A DNA stretch of 45,496 nt, taken from NCBI GenBank assembly GCA_040004225.1, contig JBDUBI010000136.1, positions 1 through 45,496 of the forward strand. The letters run 5' to 3'. The DNA comes from Acidobacteriota bacterium. GTDB lineage: Bacteria; Acidobacteriota; Thermoanaerobaculia; UBA5066; Gp7-AA6. This document shows positions 43,095 to 45,496 of this stretch, piece by piece; the first letter of the stretch is position 1; the number at the start of each line of letters is the position of its first letter. Made by a program: the position numbers and the translations under genes. The notes below the pieces were generated by a model. The model was not told the DNA's origin. It was given only the letters and a program-made list of their open reading frames with translations, and searched no databases.

Positions 43095-43352
43095 TTGAAG
43101 GCGCGGCGGGCGGCCGACTTGAACGGCGTCCTCGTGACGTTCAACGACGGCAGCCTCTGCCGCGACGCGCTCCGTCACTGGCTTCTGAAAGAATGGATCG
43201 TGATTGCGCCCCACTCGCCGCTGACGGCGCTCCCGGGGCGAGAGTTCGCGCGGGATTTGACGCTGAGGCAGTTCTGCGGGGAAAGCGCGGCCGCACAGAA
43301 ACGCGCGCCCGACGCAGAAGAGGGAGGATGGGACGGCGATGACGATTCGTAA
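43095..43352 (+). CDS. Small hypothetical protein; start uncertain (frame is open and coding-like from the thiolase TGA at 43014)
   Basis: Strong G/C third-position bias and non-junk composition (VLVTFNDGSLCRDALRHWLLKEWIVIAPHSPL). The only canonical-type start is TTG 43095. 14-nt overlap with hbd. Confidence 0.35.
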   Translation: MKARRAADLNGVLVTFNDGSLCRDALRHWLLKEWIVIAPHSPLTALPGREFARDLTLRQFCGESAAAQKRAPDAEEGGWDGDDDS

Positions 43353-44199
43353 AGTGGGCGTCCTGGGGGCCGGGTTGATGGGTTCGGGAATCGCGGAGGT
43401 GGCGGCCAAAAGCGGCTACGAGACGGTCGTGCGGGAGGTTTCGGACGACCTCGGCCGGAAGGGGATCTCGAGGATCGAAGGCTCCCTGGCGAAGGCCGTC
43501 GAGAAAAAGAAAATGACCCCGGAGGAGAGGGACGCGGCGCGCGGGCGGCTGTCCACGACCACGAAACTGTCGGACCTCGCGGACTGCGACATCCTCGTCG
43601 AAGCCATCATCGAAAACCTCGACTTGAAAAAGGAGACGTACCGGGAGCTCGACCGGACCTGCAAGCCCGAGACGATCTTCTGCTCGAACACGTCTTCGCT
43701 CACAATTACCGAAATGTCCGCCGCAACGTCGCGTGCGGACCGGTTCGCGGGCCTTCATTTCTTCAACCCCGTGCCGGTCATGAAGCTCGTCGAGGTGGTG
43801 CGGACGATCGCGACTTCGGAAGAGACTTTCGAAACGGTGTTTCAGTTCGCGCAGTCCCTGGGAAAGGATCCAATCCGCGCGCGCGACAATTCGGGCTTCG
43901 TCGTCAACAGGCTCCTCGTTCCCTATCTCCTCGATGCCGTGCGCGCCCTGGAAGAGGGAGTCGGCAGCCCGGAGGACATCGACAAGGGAATGGAGCTCGG
44001 CTGCGGGCATCCCATGGGGCCGCTGAAGCTGCTCGACTTCGTCGGTCTCGACACGACCTTTTACATCGCTCAGATCATGTTCGACGAATACCGGGAAAAG
44101 CGATTCGCGCCGCCGCCTCTGTTGAAGCGCATGGTTCTGGCGGGGCGTCTGGGCCGCAAGTCCGGCCGCGGATTCTACGAATACGGCGGCGCAAAGTGA
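43339..44199 (+). CDS. hbd: 3-hydroxybutyryl-CoA / 3-hydroxyacyl-CoA dehydrogenase
   Basis: VGVLGAGLMGSGIA Rossmann motif, NTSSL, HFFNPVP, and the C-terminal GRKSGRGFY motif. GGGAGGA RBS. Confidence 0.9.
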   Translation: MTIRKVGVLGAGLMGSGIAEVAAKSGYETVVREVSDDLGRKGISRIEGSLAKAVEKKKMTPEERDAARGRLSTTTKLSDLADCDILVEAIIENLDLKKETYRELDRTCKPETIFCSNTSSLTITEMSAATSRADRFAGLHFFNPVPVMKLVEVVRTIATSEETFETVFQFAQSLGKDPIRARDNSGFVVNRLLVPYLLDAVRALEEGVGSPEDIDKGMELGCGHPMGPLKLLDFVGLDTTFYIAQIMFDEYREKRFAPPPLLKRMVLAGRLGRKSGRGFYEYGGAK

Positions 44200-44978
44200 G
44201 CGAGCTCGTCCGGGTCGACACCGCCGACGGGATCCGAACACTCACCGTCCAGCGTCCGGAGAAGTTGAACGCGCTGAATGGCCAGGTGCTGGAAGCGCTC
44301 GACGCCGAGGTGATGGAAGTCCGGCGCGACGCGACGCTGCGATGCCTGATCATCACGGGCGCCGGTGAGAAGGCGTTCATCGCCGGAGCGGACATCGGAG
44401 AGCTCGCGAAGCTCACGCCGGTCCAGGGACGCGAGCACGCCCGGCAGGGCCAGGCGGTGCTCGACCGGATCGAGAACCTCGCGATTCCGACGATTGCCGC
44501 CATCAACGGCTTCGCGTACGGCGGCGGGCTCGAGCTCGCGATGGCCTGCACCCTCCGCGTCGCGTCGGAGAACGCCCGCATGGGTCTGCCGGAAACCTCT
44601 CTCGGCATCATTCCGGGCTACGGCGGAACGCAGCGCCTGGCGAGACTCGTCGGCCGCGCCCGCGCGTACGAGCTCGTCCTGACGGCGTCCAAGAGTGTGT
44701 CGGCGGCCGAAGCGGAACGGATCGGTCTCGTCAACCGTGTCGTCGCGGCGGGGCAGGCGCTTTCCGCAGCGTTGGACATGGCGCGCGCGATCGCGGCCAA
44801 TGGCCCGGCGGCTGTGCGCTACGCCCTGGACGCGATCCGCAGCGGCATCGAGATGCCTTCCGCGGAAGGAAGATTGCTCGAGGCGACCCTGTTTGGTCTC
44901 TGTGCCGCGACCTCGGACATGAAGGAAGGCATGACGGCATTTCTCGAGAAACGCCCCGCAAAGTTCACCGGGTCTTGA
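44196..44978 (+). CDS. Enoyl-CoA hydratase (crotonase)
   Basis: FIAGADI, AINGFAYGGGLELAMAC and MKEGMTAFLEKR. GTGA overlap with hbd. Confidence 0.88.
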   Translation: MSELVRVDTADGIRTLTVQRPEKLNALNGQVLEALDAEVMEVRRDATLRCLIITGAGEKAFIAGADIGELAKLTPVQGREHARQGQAVLDRIENLAIPTIAAINGFAYGGGLELAMACTLRVASENARMGLPETSLGIIPGYGGTQRLARLVGRARAYELVLTASKSVSAAEAERIGLVNRVVAAGQALSAALDMARAIAANGPAAVRYALDAIRSGIEMPSAEGRLLEATLFGLCAATSDMKEGMTAFLEKRPAKFTGS

Positions 44979-45007
44979 GGCCCCCTGCCCGCAGAAACGC
45001 CCGGCCC

Positions 45008-45016
45008 TGCTAAACT
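45008..45016 (+). promoter_or_regulatory. Extended -10-like box TGCTAAACT upstream of the HMGL-like gene
   Basis: 20 nt before GTG 45037, with an AAAGGA RBS in between. Confidence 0.3.
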
Positions 45017-45036
45017 GACTACCGAAAGGACGCACC

Positions 45037-45496
45037 GTGCACCCGCCCGAATCCGACCTGATCTACGACTGGAACCGAGCCGGCGGCTCCGTGTTCCCGG
45101 CCCGCGGCGTCGTGGAGCTCGACGACGAGACCCTGCGCGACGGCCTGCAGTCGCCCTCGGTGAAGAGCCCGTCGATCGAGCACAAGTTGAAGCTCCTCCA
45201 CCTCATGGAGGCGCTCGGGATCGATTCGGCGGACATCGGCCTGCCCGGAGCGGGCCCGCACGTGGTCGCGACCGTCACGCGCCTCGCGCGGGAAATCGTG
45301 GATTCAGGAATGAAGATTCGTCCCAACTGCGCGGCGCGCACGGTCGCCGCCGACATCATCCCGATCATCGAGATCTCCCAGAAAGTCGGCATTCCGATCG
45401 AAGTCTCCTGTTTCATCGGTTCCTCCCCGATCCGGCAGTACGCCGAGGACTGGGACCTCGACCGCATGCTGCGCCTCTCCGAGGACGCCGTGTCGC
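45037..45496 (+). CDS. HMGL-like / 2-isopropylmalate-synthase-family protein, N-terminal part (3' end lies outside the window)
   Basis: DETLRDGLQSPSV is the DRE-TIM metallolyase motif. AAAGGA RBS before GTG 45037. The frame is open to the end of the window. Confidence 0.6.
   Translation, partial: MHPPESDLIYDWNRAGGSVFPARGVVELDDETLRDGLQSPSVKSPSIEHKLKLLHLMEALGIDSADIGLPGAGPHVVATVTRLAREIVDSGMKIRPNCAARTVAADIIPIIEISQKVGIPIEVSCFIGSSPIRQYAEDWDLDRMLRLSEDAVS

Noticed and set aside
41784-45035. Long minus-strand ORFs (41784..43409, 43141..44241, 44175..45035) opposite the thiolase, hbd and crotonase genes.
   Set aside because: Antisense shadows of three textbook enzymes, with junk composition.
1-45496. 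I searched for mobile elements, prophage, defence-island hallmarks, and tRNA, rRNA or other structured RNA genes.
   Set aside because: No integrase, transposase, recombinase, restriction, cas or toxin-like proteins were recognised. No long direct or inverted terminal repeats are present. Every intergenic gap is 160 nt or shorter except 43017-43338, which looks coding, and none shows a tRNA cloverleaf.

Overview
This is a high-GC (about 68-72% by eye, with some lower-GC patches), very gene-dense bacterial chromosomal segment. I can support 45 protein-coding genes across both strands. I see no rRNA or tRNA, no transposase, integrase or phage genes, and no CRISPR array. Protein style and gene content (S55-like peptidase plus secreted propeller, DUF1684, PEGA-tailed Ser/Thr kinase, TPR proteins) weakly suggest an Acidobacteriota-like organism. 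Gene order, left to right: S55-like peptidase (5' truncated) and a secreted beta-propeller protein; a peptide-type ABC importer (binding protein plus two permeases, no ATPase) coupled to coaD and a YbgC-like thioesterase; msrA; a minus-strand four-gene coupled operon (secreted protein, YgfZ-like, EamA, GT2); a small zinc-ribbon protein, PaaI hotdog and NYN/LOTUS operon; a zinc-ribbon membrane protein; an archaeal-type (type II) GAPDH-like gene; a COG2945 hydrolase and AMMECR1; a TrmH methyltransferase; a CaCA-like exchanger and an aminotransferase; an M1 peptidase coupled to a polytopic membrane protein; the 23.8-30.5 kb block described below; SPOR, lipA, lnt, prfB (with its programmed +1 frameshift) and a CoA-pyrophosphatase NUDIX; DUF1684; a TPR protein coupled to a Hanks kinase; a lipoprotein and a beta-lactamase-fold hydrolase; thiolase, a small ORF, hbd and crotonase; and a 3'-truncated HMGL/isopropylmalate-synthase-like gene. 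The most interesting block is 23.8-30.5 kb. It holds an SDR reductase, a serine-palmitoyltransferase-like enzyme, a GNAT-fold acyltransferase and a sphingomyelin/IPC-synthase-like PAP2 transferase. I read this as a complete bacterial ceramide/phosphosphingolipid pathway. It sits back-to-back with an nfeD-stomatin operon. Three features recur across the window: (i) a dispersed family of tandem heptanucleotide arrays at gene 3' ends, several of the form (GGG-N4)n, which fits the G-quadruplex pattern, often with an inverted partner array; (ii) a repeated TGCTAnnnT / TAnnnT box 6-9 nt upstream of start codons, suggesting leaderless transcripts; (iii) 17 four-nucleotide stop/start overlaps (ATGA, GTGA, TTGA). 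All functional calls rest on motifs I recognise in the translations. No database search was run.
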